Positions 1 to 34,753 of a DNA stretch of 64,000 bases are shown one piece after another (the stretch's first letter is position 1; every line of letters begins with the position of its first letter). The stretch lies in assembly GCA_963693365.1 (NCBI GenBank), contig CAVNZM010000013.1, positions 3,624,722 to 3,688,721 of the forward strand. The letters run 5' to 3'. Source of the stretch: Amoebidium appalachense (lineage: Eukaryota > Protista > Ichthyosporea). A program made the position numbers and the translations under genes. Under the pieces are notes generated by a model, which was not told where the DNA came from, did no database searches, and worked only from the letters and a program-made list of their open reading frames with translations.

Positions 1-370
1 CTATGACAACAGGAACGCACACGCTCAAGCAAATAGACCAACTGGTTGTGGGTCAATATGCGTTAGAAAAATATGATGAACCCCCCATCCCCTACCCCTC
101 CTTTTCTCCCCAAGACTATGGCCTCTACTCGTGATGCAAACCTTCTATTCACTCACATTCACCCATCTAACCCCCCCCCCCCCCCCTCCCCCTCACCCAC
201 CCACCACCACCACCACCACCACACACACACACCCTCTGCAACACAGACATAGAAACAGACACACACACACACACACATACAAACACCCACACCCGTACAC
301 AAAAAAATACAGAAAAAAAGAGAAAAGAAGCGGTGAGGATCCATTAAAATACACGCAAACAAACACGTAC

Positions 371-22057
<21,687 letters not shown>

Positions 22058-23168
22058 TTTTGCGTTCGATCCTCCACCTTTGGGCGACCATGCAACATAA
22101 AACTTAGTCTACCCACACGGATGTATGTGGGAGGTGATACTGGAGGTGATTCGATCGAAACTGAACTTCGCTCTCGCCGGTTCAAAACGCAGGCGCAGCA
22201 CACAAGGTTGAAACGAAGGTGCTGGCTGACACGGCACGCCGCTTTTTTCCCTGTCAGCCAATCAGGTAAACTTGTATCCAAAAAAGGTTAAGTTGTGTTG
22301 CTTTTTCAAGATGATTGGAGGACTATTTTCGGGGATAGCTGCTCCTATTGGTAAATAGATATCTGATTACTAGCGAATTGAATTTATCTTTCTTCGGCTT
22401 GGCCAATAGGGGCGCTCCCGGGTGTGGTTGTGACATTCCTCAAGTTCAAAGAATCGCAGGCGACGCAATGCACAGTGCACGCGTCGAACACACAGACGCC
22501 AGCAACAGAAGTCGCTGCTGATCGGCAGTACAGTAGCAGCTCTTGATTACTATTTTGATGCTTCTCTAACTATCATATATTTACTTTCTGCACTTTCTGT
22601 CAAAGTTTGGCGATCGCCAACATCTGCTGTACTAGCTGCGGAATATGCATGCAAAGTCACGTGGATGGTGGTGCGTGTTTAGCCAATCCGAAGCACATCC
22701 ATATAGCCAAATACGTTCAGCTCCTTTGCCTCGAGTAAACAGCGTAAACCCCTCTGGGATATAGTCAAACAATATCACAGGTGCGTGTGTTAGGCTAAAC
22801 AATGGTACCGATATGTAATACACATATACCTATGCGGAAGTACATAAGATTTCGCCAAATTAGAAAAATAAAATTAATAGCCCATGGGTATAACCCGAGT
22901 TCTCTGCAAACGTCTGGGTGGTACATTTCGATATGAGGATACCGGTACCATCTCATCATCTCGCGGCCCAAATACATAGATAAACTTCCGCCGTAATTTC
23001 GCAATTTCTGGGAAATATCCCGAATATGTAGCTGCTCATGATGACTGTTGTAGCTTTTGATGACTACGGCGCACAGTGAACAAGGCAGTGAGTCCGTGCA
23101 CACCAACGGTTTAGTCAGCAAAACAAACATAGTCAGCCAAACATAAACCTTACACACCCCATTCTATC
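22058..23168. promoter_or_regulatory. Probable bidirectional promoter between aro1 and CHORDC1
   Basis: About 1.1 kb of repeat-free sequence between divergent ATGs, with CCAAT/ATTGG boxes near 22258, 22314, 22347, 22403 and 22683. Confidence 0.6.
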
Positions 23169-23805
23169 ATGCCTCTCAAGTGCTACAACAAGGCCTGCGG
23201 GCAGGACTATGAGGAAGCAGACAACAGCGACACCTCCTGCACATACCACCCCGGCGGACCGGTATTCCATGAGGGGCTCAAGGGGTAAGTGGCAAACACA
23301 CATGTGCGGGCATGCGCGTGCACACGCACGCATACTTTCTTGGCTTCACGGGGGTATGGGCCTCCGTGTGTGTGTACCAGCTGGCGGACTGGCAGGAGGG
23401 GCACACCTTCGTGCATTCACAAGCGCCGAAGTGTTTGCGCTCTCGCTAGATGCGTGCACATGTGTACTTGTTCGCAACTAGTAAACGTGCAAGTAATCAT
23501 GTGAGCCCACGTCATAGTAAATGTACACATATGTGCATTTGCTATGAAGCGGGCCCGCTTGACCACTTGCACGTTTACATCAAAGCACACGCAAAGAAAC
23601 CCCAAAAAAGGTGCTGTCGTGCACGCAAGCACGCGCACAAGTGCACTTAAACATGCAAATACACGGACGGACCATGTGCACACCCCTCAGTTAAAATGCA
23701 CGAAGACGCACGTAATTTGAAACTTGTTTGTGCAGTCGCAAGTACCCACACATGTACGCGTACGCATACACACGTGCAGAGGCTCTCTCTGTCTCCCTCT
23801 CTCTG

Positions 23806-23836
<31 letters not shown>

Positions 23837-24128
23837 CCTCTCTCTCTCTCTCGCTCCCTCTCCATCTCTCTATGTCTCTCGCTCTCACTTATCCACTCCC
23901 CCTCCCCCCCGTCTTTCTCTTTTCTCCCCCCCCCCCCCCCCCCCCTTCCCCCTTCCCCCCTCCCCCCCCCCCCCCCCCCCCCCCCCCTTCTTTATTGAAA
24001 ACATTTGTCACGGAAGTGCCGGTTGGTACTACTTGAAATGGGACGGGTGAAGAAGGTTTTCGTGTCTGCGCGTTGTGGTGGGTGTGGAGGGGGAGAGGAG
24101 GAGGAGGAAGGTGTGTGCGTGTTCGGCA

Positions 24129-24176
<48 letters not shown>

Positions 24177-25624
24177 GGCTTTAAGGAAACTATTCAAGAA
24201 TCCATAGCATTGTGCGGGCTTGGTTTTTAGGTCAGACGGGGTCTGGTATTGCTATTTCCTCACTGGCCCTCTGGACAACCTTCCCCGTTGCCTTGTTTGT
24301 CCACACCTGTTTCGAACTATCCACAGGCTTTTTTTCGTCATCTAAGGGAGACATTACACATTCCACCTTTTCCCCCTTTCCTCTCCTTCCCTTCCCCCCC
24401 TCCCCCCCCCCCCTCCTCCTCCCCCCGCCAGTCTACGGTCTGAAAAGTTTTTCCATCCTCTCCACCCTATCCCGTTCCTCTCTCCCTCTATTGCTCTTTT
24501 TCTCTTTTCCTCCCTGTGGCCACCCTCACTCCTTCCTCATCTGTCACTCTTATTTGCACATTCGTGATGTTGTGTATTTGCGCGCCTGTGTATTTCACCA
24601 GGTCAACCGCAGTATCTCACACACCATGTTCTATGCACCCCGTGTAAACAAACCCACTTTTTCGCCAAAAAAAAACCTGCATATCTCCCGTTTTCTCCTC
24701 TTTCCCCTCCTATTTTTCTACCGTATCCAGTGTCCAGCCTGTGCACTAACCCATATTTTCCACCCCCTTCTACCCCCCAGGTGGTCGTGCTGTAAGAAGC
24801 GTGTGACGGACTTTAGCGACTTTCTGTCTATGCCCGGGTGCACACAGGGTCGCCATAGCAACGTCAAGCCAGAGCCCCCACCAGCAGCCACGCAGCAGGG
24901 TCTGCCCCGGGAGGGGGGGGGGGGGGGGGGGGGGAAGGAGGGGGAGAGGAGGGGGTTCTTCTTTTTTGTTTTGTTTTTTTTGTTTTTTTTGGGGGGGGGG
25001 GGTTGGGGGAGGAAGGGGGGGAAGGGGGGGGGGCGGTTTTCGGCATCGTTCTAGGTGGGAATCGACAGTGGAGGGTCAGTACGGAGGCATTTGAGGTAAA
25101 AGGGCATCGGTGGCGGCGCCGAACGGAGGGGGGAGGGGGGGGAGGGGGGGGGGGGGGGGGAAGAGAAAGAGAGAGAGAATATAGGGTAGTCGGTTTTGTG
25201 TGTGTGTTTGTATGTTTTTGTGTGGTCTGTCGTGGGGAAACGATGGGGAAACCGGGGGGAGGGGGCTTTTACAAGATTTGTGATACAAATTTTTTTTTTC
25301 CCCTTTCCAGCAAGCCATCCGGCACCCATCCCCTCCCCACATGTGGCAGCAGATGCACCCCCACTGAGCACAGAGTTTATGGAGATCAAACTGGAACAGA
25401 GCGCACCAGCACGTACACAATTTGAATCGTTCAAGGCCAAGTGGCTCGAGGTGGGATATTGGGCCTCCCATTTTTTTTTTTAACCGTCCTGTGTGGGATG
25501 GAATGCGAGTGGGTTTGTGAATCGTATTTGGTAAACAGAGGGCATAAAATGGTGTTTTTGGGTTGGATTTGTGGTGATTTTCGTTGTGATGTTACCATTG
25601 AATGGGTTTGCTACCAGGGAACCA

Positions 25625-25668
<44 letters not shown>

Positions 25669-25839
25669 AGAGAGGGGGAGGGAGGGACAGGCGGGGAGGG
25701 GTTGGGGGAGAGGAGAGGAGGCAGGGAACAAAGCTAAACAGGATGAAACCCATGTCACGGGAGGGGGAGGGGGAGGATTAGGCCACGTTGAAGTCCCAAG
25801 GGGGAGCAGATTTGGTCGGTGTGTTTGGTGTGTGTGTGT

Positions 25840-25878
<39 letters not shown>

Positions 25879-25984
25879 TGGGCAAGGAGGTCAGTAAGGA
25901 AGGTCGATGTCTTTTCTTTCTTGCTTTTCTCTCTCTCTCTTGTGTGTGTGTGTGTATATGTGTTTTTTTTTTTGTTTTGTTTTT

Positions 25985-26015
<31 letters not shown>

Positions 26016-26231
26016 GAGGGGGGGGAGGGGAGGGGGGGGGGACAGGGGCATGAACTGTCCATCGCGACCAAGATAACCTAACACGCTACGCATCACCTAC
26101 ACATTCAAAGTTCTGGCCGCTTTTTTTTGCTTATGCTTCTTCTCCCTGATCCCGGGCTCGTGCCCCCCTCCCTCACCCCACCCCACACCCCACCCCCCCG
26201 TTGTGTGTACTTCGTACTGTGTTCCGCATTC

Positions 26232-26272
<41 letters not shown>

Positions 26273-26281
26273 CCTCACACA

Positions 26282-26319
<38 letters not shown>

Positions 26320-26627
26320 AGGTGTAGAGTTGGCTTTAACAACCTTTTCTAATAGGTATGTTTTTTTTAGGACCAGCAAAAGGCCTTAAGCAGTGAGATA
26401 GCCGAGGGTGCGCCGTGCAACAACAAAGGCTGCCGAGCATCGTATCCAAATACAGACACATGCTATTTCCACCCTGGCAACCCTGTGTTCCATGAGGGGT
26501 GGGTACCCTGTTTACACAACACCACATATGTGCACTCGACACACACACACACACGCACACACACGCAAACACACACACGTGCAATCAACACACACGTGCA
26601 ATCAACAGGCATGCACGCACGTGCATT

Positions 26628-26692
<65 letters not shown>

Positions 26693-27698
26693 ATACACTC
26701 AACACACATACACACACACACACGAACTGATACACGCAGGCACCAACAACCTTTTTTTGCTGAATATCACGCGGCCTGACCATATGTGGTGGTGGGTGCA
26801 GCATGAAGTACTGGTCATGCTGCGAGAGGAAAACGTCAGATTTCCAGAATTTTCTAGACCAATCGGGATGCACGGATGGGGACCACACGTGGCGGGAGGC
26901 TGAGGTGTGTGCCTAAATCCTCCCCCCTCCCTCCCCCCCCCCCCCCCCCTCCCGGCCCCTCCAAACCACCATCATTACTGCGGCCATCACCACCGCCACC
27001 ACCCCACCTCCTCCCCTTTTCCCCTCCCTCTTTTCCCCTCTCTTTCTCTGTCCTCCCGGTTTATCCTACAATACCCTAAAGCACCCGGGCCCCCCTCCCG
27101 CCAGCCCCCCCCCCCCCCCAGCCCCTGGGGGGGGGGGGGGGGGGTTGGCAGAGTTTGAAGATGGGGTCATTGGTGGTTAAATCTGTCTGCAGTCAGTGTG
27201 CTGTATTAATACCCGGGCTCTAAATCTCCCCTGGTAAGAGTTGTGGCGAGCATGTGTGTGCTTGTGCATGTGTGCGTGTGGCGTTGATGCTCGTCACGGT
27301 GGTGTTTATGTGTGCCTGTTGGGAGGAGAGAGGGCGGGGGAGTGGGAAGACAAAAGGGGAGGGGGGGGGGGGGGGGGGATAATTGACAGAATCGAGCGAT
27401 GAATGATAATGATGAATAGTGATTCGGTCTTTGCTGTGGGAGTCATGTGGTGACTTGTTATAAGGGTGTACCGAGATTGGTTATGGCATGCAACACGCAG
27501 CATTGTGCAACTAGTATTAGCACATGGTTGTGCTAACACGGTTGTGGGGTGGGTCTTGCAGGGTGGGAAGAAGGCAAAAGCAAATTGCAGGTACTGTGCT
27601 TCTTCTCTATTCCCCCCCTTGGCTCTATGACCACTTCTTCAACCCACGTTCCTCCCATTAACATGGCTGTTCAACACACGTGCACATGCACGCAAGTG

Positions 27699-27732
<34 letters not shown>

Positions 27733-27914
27733 ACACGCTATCGGGGGGGGGGGGGGGGGGGGGGGGAGGCGGGGGGGTTGGGCGGGATAGACGCAAAGGG
27801 AGGGTTTGGCAGGATAGACACAAAGAGCTAACTAACTACCTGAGACAACGAGTGAGAAAGGTCGAGAGGGACATAAACATTGCATGCGCATGAGAGGAGA
27901 GAGAACAGGAAGAT

Positions 27915-27965
<51 letters not shown>

Positions 27966-28791
27966 GGCACGTAAATACATTTACTGAGGGTATGCACGTG
28001 CACGGGCCGCCTTTCTCCAAACTGTCCCTGTTGCCTAGCCAATCTGCAGCTGTGTTTATGCACATTTGAGCTTTGACGTGTGTAGGAGGATGTGTGGGAT
28101 CACCTGATGATGTTTTTTTTTTTTGCTTGTGAGGAGCATGATTGATCGCAAAGGCAGTTGTAATATTGAATGACCATTTTTCTTTGGTATGCGCTGATAA
28201 AAACGGTTACAATGGGATTAAATCGGTGTTTGGGACAAAGTTTTCCCAGCCAACAGCTGCATAGTTCTTCGAAACAACCAGAGCTTCTCCCATTTCCGGC
28301 CCGATCGAGGTTGATTCGATCGAGGATTCCAAGCCGCCGTGGTGCGGCCTATGAAATTATTAAACCCATCGACCGATCGAGGGCGTGGTGTCATTCTGAG
28401 CACACTGTTGCCAGAGTGAGGTGATGCCCTCGATCGGTTGATAGGTTCGAAGATATCATAAGTGGTGCCAGGACAATAGCGATTCCTCGATTAGATCAAC
28501 CTCAATCGGGTCTAAATGGGAGAAGCGGTGGTTGGTTTATTGAAGGATGAGCGTGAGGCGTTGAACGTGTACGTGGGGTGGCTAAGGGTTAACTCTGTCC
28601 ATACCATGGATTCTCAGAGTGTTGGGATTTATGTTTTTTAACGATAGATGGCTGTGTGAGTAAACTTCTGGGGATGTGTTGCTCAAAGCAGGCATGTGCT
28701 GCTTATTAAACAACTCGTTCTCAAAGTGCAGCTGTGTTTCTTCCATGTGTATAGATGCCCAGGCAGCTCACGCTCACCTACACACACCGTT

Positions 28792-28824
<33 letters not shown>

Positions 28825-29406
28825 TACGACTACTTCCAGGGGGGCAACTGGATCACGATGAACATTTATGCAAAACACATTGATCCGGAGCATTCGACAC
28901 TCAAACTCTCCGAAGGCAAGGTATGTGGTGAATGCCTGCCCAGTTTGTGGGTGCAGGGAGAAGTGGGTGGGTTCGTGGAATGGCTGTGTTTCTTTTTCTT
29001 TTTCTGTGTTAATGAGGGTATGTGTGGGGTGTGTGTGTGTGTGTGCGTGCGTCCGTGTGTGTGTGTACGTGTGGGCAAGTGTGTGTGTGTGTGTGCGTGC
29101 ACAGCCGTGTGTGTGTGTGTGCATTGTTGATGTTGCCAATGGTAGAACAGGGTGTGTGTAGGGGGAAGGGGGGGAGGGGAGGGGGGGATGATCAGGCTAT
29201 GGGTGGTAATGGAGAGAGTATGTCCTTTGAAACAGATTGTGAATAGGGCGGAGGGCACCCCGGGGGGGGGGGGGGGGGGGGGGGGGTTACAACGGTCACA
29301 CAGGAAGATCTAACAGCTGTTCAGTGAAGCTAGCAAGATTGACGCCCCCCCCCCCCCCCCCCCCCCCCTGCCCCCGGGCGCTCACGAACGTGCATGCCCA
29401 CACACA

Positions 29407-29451
<45 letters not shown>

Positions 29452-29740
29452 CTTGTTGCACATCTGGTGTTTGAGGCCACAAAAATCTTCGACCTGGAAT
29501 TGAACTTGAAAGGGGTTAGCCCCCCCCCCCCCCTCCCCCCCCCAACCACCACCACCACCACCACCACCACCACCACCCCCAGCCCCAGCCCCACCCCCAC
29601 CCCTGCGCACGCACGCGCAATGAGATGACTGAATATTTGAACATTGCCATTATTCATGTACCTCACTGCTCATGGTCGTGTTTTTATTCTTCCCCTATTC
29701 CATGCTGCAACCTTCCCCTTATCCACCTCTCCTCCCCCCT

Positions 29741-29780
<40 letters not shown>

Positions 29781-29912
29781 CCCCGTCCTCTCTGTCCCCC
29801 CACCTCTCCACCCTCCCACACACCGTCCCACACACCCTCCCCAAACATCACCACCACCACCGGGGCCCGTTTCTGCCCCCCTTTCCCCCCCGTGTGCTCC
29901 ACCGCGGGCAGT

Positions 29913-29946
<34 letters not shown>

Positions 29947-30411
29947 ATGTGCACGTGTGTAGCGGGTTTCTCTCACAGATGCACCTCCTGACAGGAGCTT
30001 TCTGGAGTCTTAACGTAAAAATCTACCTGCGCAACCGCACACACAACGAAACATGTGTCATTGTTCACATCCACACACACGCACCTGAGTGGGGGTGGCT
30101 TATAACGGACAATTCGCTGACTCGCCTTGTTCTTTCACAACAATGACTCACACACACACACACACACACACATGAGATGTGCACGATCTTGCGTGCACAC
30201 GCAACTATATCCCTCACACGTGCACTCACACACAAGCACACACGCGGGCTCCAGCATTTATCCCCCCTCACAAGTGTGCGGATACACACACACACACACA
30301 CACACACAGCGAATTGTGCCGTCTAAGTGCTCCGCCAGGATTCTGCCTACCAAGATCGAGATCATTCTAGCAAAAGCCACCTCTGACTCGTGGAGCCAGT
30401 TGGAAGGATAG
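23169..30411 (+). CDS. CHORDC1: CHORD-CHORD-CS Hsp90 co-chaperone (CHP-1/morgana-like)
   Basis: Exons 23169-23284, 24781-24899, 25311-25450, 26371-26498, 26802-26904, 27562-27590, 28824-28920, 29452-29514, 30310-30411 splice in frame. CHORD I: [10 protein letters not shown]...[20 protein letters not shown]...GCTQGRH. CHORD II: CNNKGC...[20 protein letters not shown]...GCTDGDH. CS domain: CRYDYFQ...IYAK...TKIEIILAK...WSQLE*. Confidence 0.95.
26200..26232 (+). mobile_element. Terminal ~30-bp remnant of the same element in opposite orientation
   Basis: GTACTTCGTACTGTGTTCCGCATTC is the reverse complement of the subfamily B terminus and lies between C tracts. Confidence 0.7.
28272..28538. mobile_element. 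Foldback/palindromic MITE related to 5032-5344
   Basis: Nested inverted repeats (GCTTCTCCCATTT/AAATGGGAGAAGC; ACCGATCGAGGGC/GCCCTCGATCGGT). Shares CCCGATCGAGGTTGAT(T/C)CGATCGAGGAT with 5063-5090. Confidence 0.7.
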
Positions 30412-31187
30412 TGCACTGTGTGTTCACAGGTTTCGTGCAAGAGTTATTTTAAATCGTATGATAGAGTAAATCCGAAAAAAGAAAATCTGAACATAGAAGG
30501 CGACAAGGCATACACCGCCACAATGGTTTTCACTGTCGGACATATATCCCCCTCCCCCCCCCCCCCCCCCCCCCCCCTCCCCCCGCCCCTCTTCTCTCTC
30601 ACTCAGACATAAGTATGCTAACTTAGGAAACCCCCTGGAAAACAACAGCTTAGTAAGCAAATTGAAACATGGCCTGCTGTTTGTGTTCGGCTATGCACAA
30701 GTGTGTCAGTCTGGTAGGGTTTTGTATGTATGATCGTTATGTTACTATTATTGAAATTTTCGGCTTTGGGCCAACACCGGTCACTCCGTTCAATACGGGA
30801 CACACAAAACAATAATGATGGTAAAAATGAAAAAAAAAAATGCATACAGCCCAGTCAATGCATGCTGTGTGTACATGTATGTGCATACATGTGTCTATGG
30901 CCATAACGTTTACCCTACATGCTACTTGCCGGGAACTCAGAATATGGTGTATGTGCTGATTGTGTTCAGACACAAACATCAGTTGCAACGTGCATGATCA
31001 ACTTGCAGCCACTCCGAGGGTGTTTTGAGCAACGCGAGTCTATAAATTTGCGGGGATCCGGAGTTTTCGGTCAATAGCACCACCAATAACATGACCAACT
31101 TTTAGGTTCAACAGTAGAAAACACAAGTCGTAGACACGACCGTTGCATTCATTGTGAACGGAGTAATCGAGCAGCCGAGTAATATTG

Positions 31188-31732
31188 GGTATGTTCGCAC
31201 TAGGATCGTCGAAACGACGATCGTCGGTCGATCGATCTGATGACCGGGGCCCGAAAACCAACCTGGTGTTCGCACTCAGTGGCAGATCGTCGGTCGCCGG
31301 TCGCCGATTAGGACTATTTACATATACACACGCATATATAATACTTATACGTTAAAGCTTTAATATATAGAAAATTTTTATACCTTTTACTTTTACTTAT
31401 TACTTTTGATCTTTGATGAGCGTTTTATGCAGTTTACGGATGCTCATGTTGCTCTGCTGGTGGCGTAATATTCTGTAATCTGGTACGTAATTACAAGCGG
31501 GGAGACACGCTTTTTGGACTAATCGTTGAATCTCAATCCGACCTCTGGTTTGCGAACTGGTTTGCTCTAATGAACGATCATCGAGCGTCGAATTCATTAG
31601 CCATATTTGGGTTTTCCTTCTTTTCATCGTTTCAGTGTGAACACCGTTCGTCGAAACGACGATCGTCGATTGCTCAAGGATTTATCCAAATATGGGAATT
31701 CGTCGTTTCGACGATCCTTGTGCGAACGTACC
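31188..31732. mobile_element. Non-autonomous TIR element, possibly PIF/Harbinger-like
   Basis: 33-bp TIRs GGTA(T/C)GTTCGCAC(T/A)AGGATCGTCGAAACGACGA with 2 mismatches, plus a nested inner pair GGTGTTCGCACT/AGTGTGAACACC. No clear TSD. Confidence 0.75.
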
Positions 31733-33301
31733 GGGCCACTCTTTCTTTGATAACGATATATCGATATCGAGTAGGCAAGCAAAATTTTATTAGACAGTAG
31801 TGCCCAAGCACCTCCGGGCTGCTGACGAAACCGTTACACCTCTTCGATATCGGTGAGCGGTTATTAGTCAGGCTCAGCTCTCAGGAGTCCTCCACAGTGT
31901 CCATGGCCAATACATAAATGCACCGTGGGCGTGAGCGTTGCGCTATTAGCTAGAAAGTTCCGTTTTTTCTGTGTGAGTGTGACCCATGTACCAATCAACA
32001 GGGAGGCGTGGCGTTGTATGCCATTGGCCAAACTTTAGAAACACATTCCAAGTGATGTACGCAGTGTGCCAGTGACAGTGACACCCTTTTTTTTTTTAGT
32101 GACACCCCATAGAAGCACCTGATTGGAAACTTTTATCAAGGTTAGTTGCTGTGGCCTGTCCGTGCGAATGGGACCGTGGGTATACGCCGATGAAAGCGGA
32201 AAAAACAGCCTAAACAACAAGAAAATGAAATAAATACGCTTTTTTACATTCTATTAATTCATATTTTGTGAAGGCGAGCCGATGTACATCAAAAATTATA
32301 GCAGTATTTTGGTTTTTGTTGACGTCAATCCGACACAGCTTTGGCCCGATATCGATGATTAATAGCTACTCATACAATCTCTTTTATATTTTGCGTGGAG
32401 GAACGCCATTATCATACGTGTGTTTCCCTTACAATTTAAAAAGCTGCAACCGCGAAGAGGGGAAAAAAACCACGAAATGCATGAGTTTGTTTAGGAGTTT
32501 TTCTCTGAGGCCATTGCAAATTGGGTGAGGGAATTAATCTTCCTGGTCACATGTGACAGGTCAATACATTCCATCACCCACGTCTGGCTACACACCGTAC
32601 GTGCGCGGTGACTGTTGAATTTATATACCAAGCCACATTCCTTGTACCTATTCACTATAGACATGGCGCAACCGTTCTACAAAACGCGCTTTTTTTATTT
32701 TTTCTATCATTTGTAACACTAAAAGCATCGAAACTTTTCTTGTTACATGTCCTTTTTTGTTGCCCAGAGTTCCATAAGGCTTTTGCGGCTGTTTGTCGGC
32801 CGGATTCCGTGATGGATAAAACGGCGCATTCCTATGCCAGTTTCAATATATGACCAATCAGAATCGCTTCTGCTGTTCGATATGCATACCATATCAGGGC
32901 GGCGGCCCAAAAGTTGAATCTAGGGCGGAATTCCGGATAAACAAACGCTAAGCCGTGAGCCTGATTCACTCTGGCACTGAGTCATTATGAGTACATGAAC
33001 ATGTCACGACAAACGGCTGCCCGGGTGTTGTGTCTGCTTTTGATATTTGACAGTCTGAGTTTCACACCACACACGTACGCATAGACGCGTGTAGACTGAT
33101 AGATGCTGCAAATGCAGTTGAAATGCAATGCACTTACTGCCATTTAGAAAGAGAACCGTTTGCTGAGCATTAGTAACATGTTTTCTAAGCGCCGATAACG
33201 TAGTACACAGCAACTCATATCAGTAAGCCGAAGCACACTCTTCAACACTGCAATTTCACAGTTTCCTTTTTCCCAAGTTTCCTTTTTTCAACATTTCAAA
33301 C

Positions 33302-34231
33302 ATGCCAACGACAGCCATGCTAAGCAGGCGGCCGAGCTCGCCCGAAACCCCTCACCCACGCATACACGAATACAATGCCCCAGAGCTCATAATCTGTAAA
33401 AACGGCCAAGACAGACAACAGTGCAAGGGTTGCACACGGCCAGTATGGGCGGCACACACAGAAAAGCCTCCGCCCACACCCCCACCCACTATTCAAGTGG
33501 AGTTTGCCGTGCAGACAACAATGGCGCACTCGCAAGCAAAGAGAAAAGAGAGGAAAAAGACAAGCATACACTCTATCCCAGCACTCACATCTCTCTCTGT
33601 CTCTGAGTGGGGGGCGGTTGGAAACACGTCAAATTCTCGGCTGGTCAGTCCGTCCGAGGCAGCCCTCGATAGCTTCGTCCGTCACTCGTTCCAAGACGTG
33701 CTGCTTACCACCGAGTTTCGCAGATTTCTAGAGAGTGAAGTTTGCGAGGAGACCGTGGACTTTCTTCACGAGGTGTCACACTACCGCCACTACCCAACAG
33801 AGGAACACTGCCAACACATCTACCAAACACACTTACGTAAGGGCGCCCCCCGCGCCGTAAACATAGATGTGGATCTCGTTCGTGCAGTGGAGGAGAGCAT
33901 CAAAAACAGCCCGCCTGTTGTACGCCGAGCCGTGACTCCTGCTGGTGATGACTCGGAGTGCGAATGCGACTGTGATGATGTTCTCGACAGGAGGTTTGAC
34001 GGCTGCGCCATGGCGGTATATGCGGTACTTCAACAAGACAAGTACCCACGATTTGTGGCGTGCAACATGAGAAACAACTCACTCACACCGTCACCCCCGC
34101 TCACGCTTCATCGGGAAGGGGGCCTTGTGCGGCTTCCGTTTGCAAGGCGTAGTTTCAAGTCGCGCGTGCGTGCAGTTCTTGATGTTATTAGGAAGGGGGG
34201 ATCTTCGGAGAGGGAGGAGAGCCAAACGTAA
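33302..34231 (+). CDS. RGS (regulator of G-protein signalling) domain protein, single ORF
   Basis: 309-aa ORF with the RGS box pattern FQDVL...FRRFLESEVCEETVDFLHEVSHYR...IYQTHLRKGAPRAVNID...FD...VYAVLQQDKYPRF. Confidence 0.88.
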   Translation: MPTTAMLSRRPSSPETPHPRIHEYNAPELIICKNGQDRQQCKGCTRPVWAAHTEKPPPTPPPTIQVEFAVQTTMAHSQAKRKERKKTSIHSIPALTSLSVSEWGAVGNTSNSRLVSPSEAALDSFVRHSFQDVLLTTEFRRFLESEVCEETVDFLHEVSHYRHYPTEEHCQHIYQTHLRKGAPRAVNIDVDLVRAVEESIKNSPPVVRRAVTPAGDDSECECDCDDVLDRRFDGCAMAVYAVLQQDKYPRFVACNMRNNSLTPSPPLTLHREGGLVRLPFARRSFKSRVRAVLDVIRKGGSSEREESQT

Positions 34232-34363
34232 AGCATTAGTGAACCAAATAACGTTGCTATTCATGTATAGCGGTATGAATGAATGGTTTTAAGTAATGAT
34301 TAAAAGTTTCGCAACTACATGAACATTTTATCTGTCTATAATGGCTTTCTCGTGGTGTTGTAT

Positions 34364-34714
34364 AGGTTTTATTTGTGGAAATTATTGACATAAATATTTT
34401 TCTGGGTAAACACGTAGGATGGGTGTTCAATACCAACATAACCATGTAGGCTTCATTTCGTGTTTTAGCAGTTAGCGGTTGGCTGCCCGCACACGGGCAC
34501 CTATTAGCCAGTCAAAACATCAGATACCACAGATCACTAGACCGAGTTATGATTGGCTCGGATCAGATTTCACATATCACTAGATCGATTTTTGATTGGT
34601 TCAGATCGGTAGGCTTAGGTATATAAGCACGACAGTTTTTAGCAGATCAGCAAGCTACAAACACATCTTCTGTGTTTAGCATCCACAGCCTTACAGCTAT
34701 ATATTCCTTTTCAC
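34364..34714 (+). repeat. Ngaro repeat A1 (contains ATTGG boxes and TATATAA at 34620)
   Basis: 351 bp, AGGTTTTATTTGTGG...CCTTTTCAC, repeated at 39254-39604. Confidence 0.95.
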
Positions 34715-34753
34715 TCCTTTTCATTCTCCCTATCTTTCCCTACGCCGGTCAGC